Source: Minisyncoccota bacterium (GTDB taxonomy: Bacteria > Patescibacteriota > Minisyncoccia > 2-02-FULL-40-12 > GWA2-44-9). Taken from it: a DNA stretch of 64,000 bases. The stretch is from NCBI GenBank assembly GCA_035549275.1, contig DASZRH010000030.1, positions 1,912 through 65,911 of the forward strand, written 5' to 3'. The translations under genes were made by a program, and so were the position numbers. Position 1 is the stretch's first letter, and every line of letters starts with the position of its first letter. Shown one piece after another: positions 8,602 through 16,953 of the stretch. Under the pieces are notes generated by a model, which was given only the letters and a program-made list of their open reading frames with translations, was not told the DNA's origin and searched no databases.

Positions 8602-8988
8602 TTAGAGGAAGGTTCGGGGCACGCGGGAGCGGGGCCAGAATGCCAGGGCCAGCAGGGCGGCGACCAGCCCCATATCTCGGACAGCGATTTCACCAAAGCC
8701 AGCAAAGAATGGAATCGCCGCCAGAAACACGGCTCCCAGAATGGCAAAGGTGCTTACGAACAGGTTAGCCAGGATCGCAATGCCGACCAAAACTTCAAAA
8801 GCGCCGAATAGGTAGGCCACTCCGTAGCCGGAGAGGGCCACCGATGATGCGGCTGTTACGAGCCAGCTCGGAATCCAAACGGCCAGCCAATAGCTGGGAT
8901 GAATGAATTTATCAATGCCGAGCCACAAAAAGACAAAAGCCAAGCCGAGACGGAGCAGTAAATTGGAATAGCGAAGGGACTGCCACAT
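8602..8988 (-). CDS. DoxX-family membrane protein
   Basis: 128 aa with four hydrophobic helices; LGLAFVFLWLGIDKF...; DoxX-like topology. Confidence 0.55.
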   Translation of the reverse strand: MWQSLRYSNLLLRLGLAFVFLWLGIDKFIHPSYWLAVWIPSWLVTAASSVALSGYGVAYLFGAFEVLVGIAILANLFVSTFAILGAVFLAAIPFFAGFGEIAVRDMGLVAALLALAFWPRSRVPRTFL

Positions 8989-9151
8989 ATTGACAGGGTT
9001 AATATATTATGGTATTATTATACCACCATGCAGTACTGGGCATCTCGAAGCCCCGTAGCCGCTTGTATTCTTTCCTTCCCGAGAGAATACCCTATTTCCA
9101 TCCATTGTATTACAAGGATGGACTTGGCTACAAGGGTTCCGAATGCCTGGT

Positions 9152-9192
9152 CCTAACTAAACGGCCCCGCTTTGCGGGGCCGTTTAGTTAGG
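9152..9192 (-). terminator. terminator hairpin at 3' end of tig (overlaps its stop codon)
   Basis: cctaactaaacggccccgc-tttg-cggggccgtttagttagg; 19-bp stem. Confidence 0.55.
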
Positions 9193-10462
9193 AGACACAG
9201 ATTTTCTCTATATATTCGAAGGTTTTCTCGTTTAGCAATCGCGACTCGATATTCTGCCGGATCCGGTCAGCGTCGAGGTTCATAATGCCATCGGGAGAAA
9301 CCGTCGAATGCAGGACAGCCTGCAGGGCATCATTGGTCTCCTCGGGAGCCACCGAAATATTTTGTTTGCGGGCAATGGCATGGAGAACGAGAGACATCCG
9401 TACCTGCCGCTCGGCTTGGACGCGCCATTCATCGCGAAGCTGTTCCCGGGTTTTGTTTAGCTTCGCTAAATACATCGCCAATTCCATGTCGTGCTTATGG
9501 AGATCTTGGTCGAAATTCTGGACCATCAGATCCAGTTGGCGCTCAATCATCACGGCTGGAACCACCATGGTGCTGCCCGCAACAATCTTGTCCAGCACTT
9601 CACCGCGGACTCGCTGCTCTTCCTTTTCCTTTTTCTCCTCCAGCAATCCGTCTTTAATGCTTAGGATGAGCTGATCCATGTTACTGAACTTACCCAGCGA
9701 ACGGGCAAAATCGTCCGTCAATTCCGGCAGGGTGACGCGTTTAACGTCTACCATCGAAACCATGAAATCAAGTTTCTTGCCGGCGACGGCTTTGTTGCTG
9801 AAATCATCGGGTGCCGTAAGCGAAAATTCTTTGCGGTCGCCTTTCTTCATGCCAATCAACTGATCTTCAAATCCGGGCACAAAATTCCCTGCCCCAATGG
9901 TAATCGGGTGGTTCTTGCTGATGCCGCCTTCAATGACCGAGCCGTTTTCAGTCACCTCAAAATCAACTTCGACGCGATCTCCGGTTTCGGCCGGTCCGTC
10001 TTTTTCGGCCACTGATGCGCGAGACGATTTAATTGTCTCAATTGTTTCGTCAATTTCTTTGGGTTCAACAGACACCGGTCCGCGATGGACGGAAATGGTC
10101 TCCAGTTTCGGCAACGTCACATCCGGAAACAACTGGAGAGCCACGGTGTACACCAGTTTCTCGGCCGAATTTTCTTGGACCTTGAGATCCGTCGCTTCAA
10201 TTACATCAAAATTGTTGGAATCAATGATCTCGGCAAGACTGCGTTGAACCGCCGATTCCAGCGCTGTTTCCAAAATACGGGAAATACCGATATGTTTGCG
10301 GACAACGTCGGGCGGCACTTTGCCCTTACGAAACCCGTCGACTTCCAGATCGCGCCCAAGCAATGCTTGGGCGCGATCTATATGCGAAGCAAGATCTTCA
10401 GCCGTAAGTTCAACGGTGAGCTGGAATTTGCCGTCTTCAAGTTTGGTGCGAGTAAACGTCAT
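9188..10462 (-). CDS. tig: trigger factor (ribosome-associated PPIase chaperone)
   Basis: N-terminal ribosome-binding domain, central FKBP-type PPIase region (GDRVEVDFEVTENGSVIEGG...HPITIGAGNFVPGFEDQLIGMKKGD) and C-terminal arm. Start moved to MTFTRTKLEDG at 10462 to avoid overlap with nusA. Confidence 0.85.
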   Translation of the reverse strand: MTFTRTKLEDGKFQLTVELTAEDLASHIDRAQALLGRDLEVDGFRKGKVPPDVVRKHIGISRILETALESAVQRSLAEIIDSNNFDVIEATDLKVQENSAEKLVYTVALQLFPDVTLPKLETISVHRGPVSVEPKEIDETIETIKSSRASVAEKDGPAETGDRVEVDFEVTENGSVIEGGISKNHPITIGAGNFVPGFEDQLIGMKKGDRKEFSLTAPDDFSNKAVAGKKLDFMVSMVDVKRVTLPELTDDFARSLGKFSNMDQLILSIKDGLLEEKKEKEEQRVRGEVLDKIVAGSTMVVPAVMIERQLDLMVQNFDQDLHKHDMELAMYLAKLNKTREQLRDEWRVQAERQVRMSLVLHAIARKQNISVAPEETNDALQAVLHSTVSPDGIMNLDADRIRQNIESRLLNEKTFEYIEKICVS

Positions 10463-10472
10463 AGGGGTGAAG

Positions 10473-11750
10473 TTATTGCGCTGCCGGTTCAGAATCGGCC
10501 GGAGTAGTTTCTGCTGATTCCACGGCTTCCGCCGGCGCTGCGTCACTCTGATCGAAGTTCATGTTTTCTTTTGGCGAACGGACATCAATCTTCCAGCCGG
10601 TCAGTTTAGCGGCGAGACGGACGTTCTGTCCGCGCTTGCCGATCGCCAGCGAGAACTGATCGTCGGAGACTTCAACAAGCGCATGTTTGTGCTCTTCGTC
10701 GAGAATCTTCACATCCAAAACCTTGGCCGGTGAAAACGAATGGGCAATAAACTGTTTAGGTGAATCGTTCCAAAGAATAATATCGATCTTCTCGCCAGAA
10801 AGCTCGTTGATGACGGTCTGGACGCGAACGCCTTTCTGGCCAACCAGCGAACCGATCGGATCAATGCCTTCTTCTTTTGAATAGACGGCGATTTTGGTGC
10901 GGGATCCCGCTTCGCGGGCAATGGCTTTTACTTCCACGCTTCCGGCGTCGATTTCCGGCACTTCAACGCGGAAAAGGCCAAGCACAAGCCGAGGATCGGC
11001 GCGCGACAGCAGTACTGCCGGCCCGCGAGATGTTTCTTCGGCTTTTAGGATCATGAATCGGTAGCGCTGGCCAATCTGATAGGAATCAGTGTACATCTGC
11101 TCGGCCGGTGTCAACAAGGCGTTTGTCTTGCCTAAATCAACGAAAACCAGCGCCCCTTCCCGACGCTGAACCAGCCCGCTGACCACTTCGCCTTCACGAC
11201 CTTTGAATTCGGAGAGAATCGCGCTGCGCTCGGCTTCGCGAAGCCGCTGAATGATAACCTGTTTGGCTGTTTGAGCGGCAATGCGGCCAAAATCGGTCTT
11301 GGGTTCGAGCGGAATGATAATCTCGTCTCCGATTTCCGCTTTTTTGTTCTTTTGGCGGGCATCGGCGAGAGTGATGTGTTTTTCGGGGTTAAATTTGATC
11401 TTAGCCTCGTCAGCCGTTTCGGCAGGTTCGGAAGCCACCGGGCCGCGCATGCGGCGCGTTCCCTCCATATCCTGAAAATCGGGCCGGTCTTCAATGATCT
11501 TAGCTGGCAATTGGCCGGTGATGTTTCCCTCTTCGTCCGCGCCCTCAACAACGTAGAAAATTTGAGTAATATCCAGCTTGCCCGTTTCGGCGTCGAGCTT
11601 GGCACGGATGATCTGGCCTTTCTTGCCGTATTCGCGCTTGTAGGCAGCGGCGATGGCGGCTTCGATCGTTTCAAAAACGCTCTCTTCGGAAATACCCTTC
11701 TCTTCCGAAATCTGGCGGATGGCTGACGCAAACTGTTTGGTATCTAGCAT
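10473..11750 (-). CDS. nusA: transcription termination/antitermination factor NusA
   Basis: N-terminal domain, S1 domain and two KH domains (GxxG motifs GQKGVRV and GKRGQNV); 425 aa. Confidence 0.9.
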   Translation of the reverse strand: MLDTKQFASAIRQISEEKGISEESVFETIEAAIAAAYKREYGKKGQIIRAKLDAETGKLDITQIFYVVEGADEEGNITGQLPAKIIEDRPDFQDMEGTRRMRGPVASEPAETADEAKIKFNPEKHITLADARQKNKKAEIGDEIIIPLEPKTDFGRIAAQTAKQVIIQRLREAERSAILSEFKGREGEVVSGLVQRREGALVFVDLGKTNALLTPAEQMYTDSYQIGQRYRFMILKAEETSRGPAVLLSRADPRLVLGLFRVEVPEIDAGSVEVKAIAREAGSRTKIAVYSKEEGIDPIGSLVGQKGVRVQTVINELSGEKIDIILWNDSPKQFIAHSFSPAKVLDVKILDEEHKHALVEVSDDQFSLAIGKRGQNVRLAAKLTGWKIDVRSPKENMNFDQSDAAPAEAVESAETTPADSEPAAQ

Positions 11751-11912
11751 ATCTATGAAAGCGCGTCTTGAACGTCGAGAATGAGCGTTACTCCTTCTGT
11801 CGGCTTCAAAAAGGCTCCGTTCTTAAGAATACAGGCCCGCGGGCGCGGACCTTTACAATCAATCAATGGAACCATGATACCAGAGATGCTTCGGCCAGTC
11901 AAGCGAGCCGTC

Positions 11913-11921
11913 TTATCCACA
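11913..11921 (+). promoter_or_regulatory. perfect consensus DnaA box TTATCCACA in the nusA/pilB divergent intergenic region
   Basis: Exact 9-mer ttatccaca at 11913-11921. Confidence 0.4.
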
Positions 11922-12010
11922 AAAATCTATTTACATTCAGCGGCTGTTCGATAGATTAAGGCATCGGCAAACGTTTTCCGCTGCCGAGAGACACCCTTTC
12001 AGAACCAGTG

Positions 12011-12020
12011 TGGTATAATA
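12011..12020 (+). promoter_or_regulatory. extended -10 promoter element (TGnTATAAT) upstream of pilB paralog
   Basis: gtggtataat, with TG two nt before tataat at 12015-12020; 15 nt before the ATG at 12036. Confidence 0.4.
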
Positions 12021-12035
12021 TGTACAGTATATTCC

Positions 12036-13697
12036 ATGTCCGACATTCTCCATCCCAACAAAAACGAGGAACTTGAAAAAAAGCTCGCTCAAACGCGCGC
12101 CCACGGCGCGGAGGACCAATATCGGCTCAACGCCGAGCGGCTTGGACTGCCATTCTCTGACCTGGCTTCAGTACCCATCGATGCCGAAGCGCTTTCCATC
12201 ATTCCTGAGCAGGCCGCTCGGCATGCCGGCGCGGCCGCGGTAGTCAAATCTGGCATCGCGGTTACCATCGCCGCCATCGATCCTGAAAACCCTGCACTCA
12301 AAGAACTTATCACCGATCTTGAAAAACGGGGCTTTAAAATATCAATCATTATAACCAGCCCGGCGGGCCTGGAACGGGCTTTCAAGCGCTATGACAGTGT
12401 TAAAATTCAAGCCAAAACGGATCTCGGCTCGGTTGAAATTAACGAAGACGAGCTTTCGGCTTTGCAGGTCCAGATCGGCAGCGTTACCGATTTGAAACAG
12501 CAGGTATCGGGCATTTCGGTAACCAAGCTACTGGAAATTTTACTGGCCGGCGCCCTGAAAATCAGCGCCTCCGACGTCCACTTTGAACCAACCGCTACCG
12601 CCGTCCGCCTTCGCTATCGCTTTGACGGCGTGCTTCAAGATGTCACCGAAATCGATATTCAATCCTATCAGAAAGTCCTCAATCGCCTGAAAGTCTTGGG
12701 CCGACTCAAACTCAACATTCACAACAGTCCTCAAGACGGACGATTCACTATCAAACAGCAGCACGTAGACATTGAGGTGCGCGTATCGGTCTTGCCCAGC
12801 GAATACGGCGAAACCGTCGTAATGCGTTTGCTCGACCCGCGGACCATTCACGGTTCCCTCGAAGACCTGGGCATGCGGCCCGACTTTCTAGCGATGGCCA
12901 AAGAGCAGATCAGCAAACCGACGGGCGCAATTTTCACGACCGGCCCGACCGGCGCCGGCAAAACGACAACCCTCTACGCGTTCTTGAATTTCTTGAACTC
13001 TTCAGACTCAAAAATCATCACCATCGAAGACCCAATCGAATACCACGTGGCCGGCGTCTCGCAAACTCAAGTTGACCCCTCCAAGGGCTACACCTTCGCG
13101 AACGGCCTTCGGGCCATTGTCCGACAGGATCCCGATATCGTTCTCGTCGGCGAAGTTCGAGATGCGGAAACGGCCGATATCGCCCTCAACGCCGCCTTGA
13201 CCGGCCACCTGGTGCTTTCAACTCTTCATACTAACGACGCTGCCGGTACCATTCCCCGCCTGATTGACCTGGGTGTGAAGCCCGAAGTGATTGCACCCGC
13301 GATTCGTATGGCCATGGCTCAGCGCCTGGTCCGCAAACTTTGTCCGGATTGCAAAGAAAAACAAAAGATAACTCCGGCCATTCTGGAGAAAATCAAAAAA
13401 GACCTCGAACCGATCCGCCAAAAGTTCTCGCTGTCCGTAATGGACGAAAATATCGAAATCTACGCCGCCAAAGGCTGCGAAAAATGCAATAATGCCGGCT
13501 ATCGCGGCCGGATCGGACTCTATGAAGGGTTTCTGGTTACCCGCGAAATGGAGCAGCTGATTCTATCAAGTCCGGCCATATCGGCGGTCAGAGACCTGGC
13601 AATCCAACAGGGCATGATTACGATGCAGCAGGACGGATATATGAAGCTGCTAGCCGGTGTAACATCGTTCGATGAAATTGAACGAATATTAGGATGA
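12036..13697 (+). CDS. pilB: type IV pilus assembly / type II secretion ATPase (PilB/GspE family)
   Basis: N-terminal GSPII_E domain; Walker A GPTGAGKTTT; ITIEDPIEY; Walker B IVLVGEVRD; His box; C-terminal tetra-Cys CPDC...CEKC; 553 aa. Confidence 0.85.
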   Translation: MSDILHPNKNEELEKKLAQTRAHGAEDQYRLNAERLGLPFSDLASVPIDAEALSIIPEQAARHAGAAAVVKSGIAVTIAAIDPENPALKELITDLEKRGFKISIIITSPAGLERAFKRYDSVKIQAKTDLGSVEINEDELSALQVQIGSVTDLKQQVSGISVTKLLEILLAGALKISASDVHFEPTATAVRLRYRFDGVLQDVTEIDIQSYQKVLNRLKVLGRLKLNIHNSPQDGRFTIKQQHVDIEVRVSVLPSEYGETVVMRLLDPRTIHGSLEDLGMRPDFLAMAKEQISKPTGAIFTTGPTGAGKTTTLYAFLNFLNSSDSKIITIEDPIEYHVAGVSQTQVDPSKGYTFANGLRAIVRQDPDIVLVGEVRDAETADIALNAALTGHLVLSTLHTNDAAGTIPRLIDLGVKPEVIAPAIRMAMAQRLVRKLCPDCKEKQKITPAILEKIKKDLEPIRQKFSLSVMDENIEIYAAKGCEKCNNAGYRGRIGLYEGFLVTREMEQLILSSPAISAVRDLAIQQGMITMQQDGYMKLLAGVTSFDEIERILG

Positions 13698-13710
13698 AAA
13701 ACACACAAAA

Positions 13711-13871
13711 GGACTAGTATTATCTGCAGGCAAGGCCCGGATTTATACAAAAACGGGGAAGAATAAGTCTGAGGTATGGCCCAGCGGTGCCAAGCCACCC
13801 GTCATGATGGTATTCCGATTGAGTCATCCCTTGAAAAGTTAGACTCAATTGCCTGCAGATAATACTCGTCC
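13711..13871. repeat. 23-bp near-perfect inverted repeat flanking a ~114-bp segment (MITE-like, inverton-like or structured RNA)
   Basis: Left arm ggactagtattatctgcaggcaa (13711-13733) versus right arm ttgcctgcagataatactcgtcc (13849-13871), 22 of 23 positions complementary. An internal 8-bp hairpin attgagtc/gactcaat lies inside. Confidence 0.7.
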
Positions 13872-13901
13872 TTTATCGACAATATTTTAATCTAAATATC
13901 A

Positions 13902-14921
13902 ATGGCTGTCAAGCCCTCGACGGTAACGCCCAAGACAATCCTCGATGACCAGGTGCTCGACCACGCCTTGCGACCCAAGACGTTCAACGAGTACATTGGC
14001 CAGGAAAAAATCAAAGCCAACCTCGCGGTCATGATCGGCGCGGCCAAAAAGCGCAATGAGCCGGTTGAACATCTCCTCCTTCACGGCCCGTCCGGACTCG
14101 GCAAAACGACTCTTTCCTATCTTATCGCCAAAGAGCTGGGTTCAACGATCAAGATAACCTCTGGCACTGCGCTCGAAAAAGCCGGCGACGTTGGTTCGAT
14201 TCTCACCGGCCTCCAGGACGGCGATATTTTATTCATTGACGAAGTACACCGCCTTAACAAAAACATCGAAGAAGTAGTCTATCCGGCCATGGAAAACTTC
14301 AAGCTCGACATTGTCATCGGTAAAGGCACGGGCGCCAAAACTCTTCAGATTGACCTTCCCCGCTTTACGCTGATCGCCGCCACCACCAAGATTTCCCTTC
14401 TTTCGGCCCCGTTCCGGTCCCGCTTCGGCGTTAATTTTCGGCTTGATTTCTACACCGAAGACGAGATCGCCCATATTATCAAGCGTTCGGCCGAGCTCCT
14501 GGGCGTTTCCATTCAGGATTCCGCCGTCAAACGCATTGCCGCCGCCTCGCGTGCCACTCCTCGCATCGCCAACCGGCTTCTCAAGCGTGTTCGGGATTAT
14601 GCTCAAATTCACGACGCCGAAGAGATCACCGCCGATTTGGCGAGCACTTGTCTGGCAATGCTTGAGATCGATGACAAAGGCCTGGAAGAAACCGATCGGC
14701 GTATTTTACTGACGATTGCCGACAAGTTTAACGGCGGCCCGGTCGGCATTAAATCGATTGCTGCCGCTCTTTCCGAAGAAGAAGCCACTATTGAAGACGT
14801 GTACGAACCCTACCTAATGCAGTTGGGCCTTCTTGCCCGCACATCTAAAGGCCGTGTCGTAACGCCTTACGGCTACAAGCATATCAACAAGGTTCCTCCC
14901 AAGAACACGCTTGACCTATGA
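13902..14921 (+). CDS. ruvB: Holliday junction branch-migration helicase RuvB
   Basis: AAA+ Walker A GPSGLGKTT; Walker B ILFIDEVHRL; sensor and winged-helix C-terminal region; 339 aa. Confidence 0.95.
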   Translation: MAVKPSTVTPKTILDDQVLDHALRPKTFNEYIGQEKIKANLAVMIGAAKKRNEPVEHLLLHGPSGLGKTTLSYLIAKELGSTIKITSGTALEKAGDVGSILTGLQDGDILFIDEVHRLNKNIEEVVYPAMENFKLDIVIGKGTGAKTLQIDLPRFTLIAATTKISLLSAPFRSRFGVNFRLDFYTEDEIAHIIKRSAELLGVSIQDSAVKRIAAASRATPRIANRLLKRVRDYAQIHDAEEITADLASTCLAMLEIDDKGLEETDRRILLTIADKFNGGPVGIKSIAAALSEEEATIEDVYEPYLMQLGLLARTSKGRVVTPYGYKHINKVPPKNTLDL

Positions 14922-15391
14922 TCGCGCTCGGTATTGATCCTGGCACGACTCGCATCGGTTACGGCCTCGTGGAGCACCACGGCAGCCGCTTGATTGCCCT
15001 TGAGTACGGTATCATCGAGAATCCAGGCCAGGACAAGTTTCAAGATTTTATCGAAACCGAAAAAGGCCTCTCAAAAATTATTGAAAAATTTCAGCCTGAT
15101 ACTGCCGGGATTGAACGGCTTTTTTTTACCAAAAACCAAAAAACAGCAATGGCGGTCAGTGAAATGCGCGGAGTTCTTTTGTTAACTCTCGCCAAACATC
15201 GTCTTCCCGTTCAAGAATTTACACCTCTCCAAGTAAAGCAATCTATCAGCGCCTACGGCAAAGCCGACAAGCGCCAGGTTCAAAAAATGGTGGAAATGCT
15301 CTTGGGAATTACGACACCGATTTCCCCCGATGATGCCGCCGACGCCTTGGCTATTGCAATTTGCTGTACCCATACTATACTTCCCGTATAA
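14918..15391 (+). CDS. ruvC: Holliday junction resolvase RuvC
   Basis: MIALGIDPGTTRIGYGLV catalytic Asp; RNase H-like fold motifs; 157 aa. It overlaps the ruvB stop by 4 nt. Confidence 0.9.
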   Translation: MIALGIDPGTTRIGYGLVEHHGSRLIALEYGIIENPGQDKFQDFIETEKGLSKIIEKFQPDTAGIERLFFTKNQKTAMAVSEMRGVLLLTLAKHRLPVQEFTPLQVKQSISAYGKADKRQVQKMVEMLLGITTPISPDDAADALAIAICCTHTILPV

Positions 15392-15424
15392 TAATCGTTT
15401 TTTGAATGCGATGTCCCGCAGTGC

Positions 15425-15649
15425 GTGCCGTCGCTGTCTGAAAAACGTTCGTGCAGCATCATGACTGAAGCATTGCGCTTGTTGGGTGTCGGACTTTTTG
15501 AAGAAGAACAGCTAAAGCTGGAGACCGATGACGACAGCGATGAGAGTTGGGATGATGAAGATGAAGAAGATACGGAGGAAGATGAAACTGACGATACGGA
15601 AGACGAAGAAGATGACGACGACAGCGACAACGAAGACGAAATGAACTAA
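15425..15649 (+). CDS. small protein with extremely acidic D/E-rich C-terminal tail (hypothetical)
   Basis: 74-aa ORF (GTG at 15425 or ATG at 15461). The C-terminal ~45 residues are almost all D, E, T or S, and a strong terminator follows. Confidence 0.35.
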   Translation: MPSLSEKRSCSIMTEALRLLGVGLFEEEQLKLETDDDSDESWDDEDEEDTEEDETDDTEDEEDDDDSDNEDEMN

Positions 15650-15659
15650 ACTAGATTTT

Positions 15660-15702
15660 GCCCATCATAAACCCCTCGCTTTGCGAGGGGTTTATGATGG
15701 GC
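15660..15702. terminator. bidirectional terminator between convergent acidic-protein gene and tyrS
   Basis: gcccatcataaacccctcgc-tttg-cgaggggtttatgatgggc; perfect 20-bp stem. Confidence 0.75.
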
Positions 15703-15711
15703 TTTCACTGT

Positions 15712-16896
15712 CTATCTCACCCGGCCAAATTTTCGAGGACCGACCTGGATAATATCCCCTGTCTTCAACTGGACCTCCCAAGAAGTTACTGGAGCTTCGT
15801 TTATTTTTACGGCTTTTTGATCTACCAGACGCTTGGCCTCGCCTTTGGATGATGCAAATTGGTAGGCCGTCATAAAATCAATAACCGTCATTCCAGCGCC
15901 CGGATGCTCGGGAATCTCTTCGGGCAACGCACCAGTACTGAACACCCGATCGAATTCGATTTGAGCTTTTCGCGCTTCTTCGGTGCCGTGGTACAACGCC
16001 ACCACTTCATAGGCAAGCCGGCTTTTTATTTCGCGAGGGTTCGCTCCATTTTTCATTTGGGTCAGCAATACATCAATCTCCGCCTGCGGCAGCCGAGCCG
16101 CCATTTCCAGATATTCCGGAATTAACGCGTCGGTAATGCTCATTACTTTCCCGAATATATCGCCGGGGGCATCGGTGATATTGATCACATTCCCCCATGA
16201 AGAGCTCATCTTTCGGCCATCGGTGCCGGTTAACGGAAACTTTGTGATTAGAATATCCTGCGGCTGTTGGCCATAGGCCGGCTGGATCGTGCGGCCAGCC
16301 AGCATATTAAATCGTTGGTCGGTACCCCCCAACTCGACATCGGCTCGCACCGCCACGCTGTCATAGCCCTGCATCAGCGGATACAATAACTCGCGAAGCG
16401 AGACTCGTTTTCCCGCATCAATTCTCTTTTTGATCAGTTCCCGAGATGCAAACTCATGAAGCCCGAACAAATCGGCAATGCGCCCGATTTCCATAAACCC
16501 GAGCTTCTTGAGCCATGTCGAGTTATATTTAGTTTCGGTTTTGCGTTTATCGAGAATCTTGAACGCCTGCTGGAAATAACTCTTCATGTTCTTTTTCACC
16601 TCGTCTTCTGAAAGCATCGGCCGCTCCGCATCCTTATCGGACGTATCGCCGATCTGGCCCGTGAAGTCGCCCACGATGAGCACGGCGGTATGGCCCAAAT
16701 CCTGGAATTCCCGCAGTTTCCATAACACAACCGCCCGGCCGATGTGAATATTGGGGCTGGTCGGATCAACTCCGAGTTTTACCCGTAATTTCTTGCCTGA
16801 TCGAAGTTTTTCTTCCAAATGCGCTACATCAATGACTTCGCTGACGCCGCGTGTGAGAATCTCGAGCTCGCTTTTCATGATCTTTACTATACTCAA
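15712..16896 (-). CDS. tyrS: tyrosyl-tRNA synthetase
   Basis: Class I HIGH-like motif PNIHIGRAV; KMSKS-type motif GRKMSSSWGN; C-terminal S4-like domain. Confidence 0.9.
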   Translation of the reverse strand: MSIVKIMKSELEILTRGVSEVIDVAHLEEKLRSGKKLRVKLGVDPTSPNIHIGRAVVLWKLREFQDLGHTAVLIVGDFTGQIGDTSDKDAERPMLSEDEVKKNMKSYFQQAFKILDKRKTETKYNSTWLKKLGFMEIGRIADLFGLHEFASRELIKKRIDAGKRVSLRELLYPLMQGYDSVAVRADVELGGTDQRFNMLAGRTIQPAYGQQPQDILITKFPLTGTDGRKMSSSWGNVINITDAPGDIFGKVMSITDALIPEYLEMAARLPQAEIDVLLTQMKNGANPREIKSRLAYEVVALYHGTEEARKAQIEFDRVFSTGALPEEIPEHPGAGMTVIDFMTAYQFASSKGEAKRLVDQKAVKINEAPVTSWEVQLKTGDIIQVGPRKFGRVR

Positions 16897-16953
16897 AAAA
16901 TATAGAGCTGTAAATTTGTGGTTTCACTGTTTTTATGGTATGGTGAGTATTCA

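Noticed and set aside
15280-15630. 116-aa minus-strand poly-serine ORF (SSSSSSSVSSVSSS...)
   Set aside because: It is the mirror image of the GAA/GAT-rich acidic-tail codons on the plus strand (TTC/ATC read as Ser). It also overlaps the ruvC 3' end in antisense.
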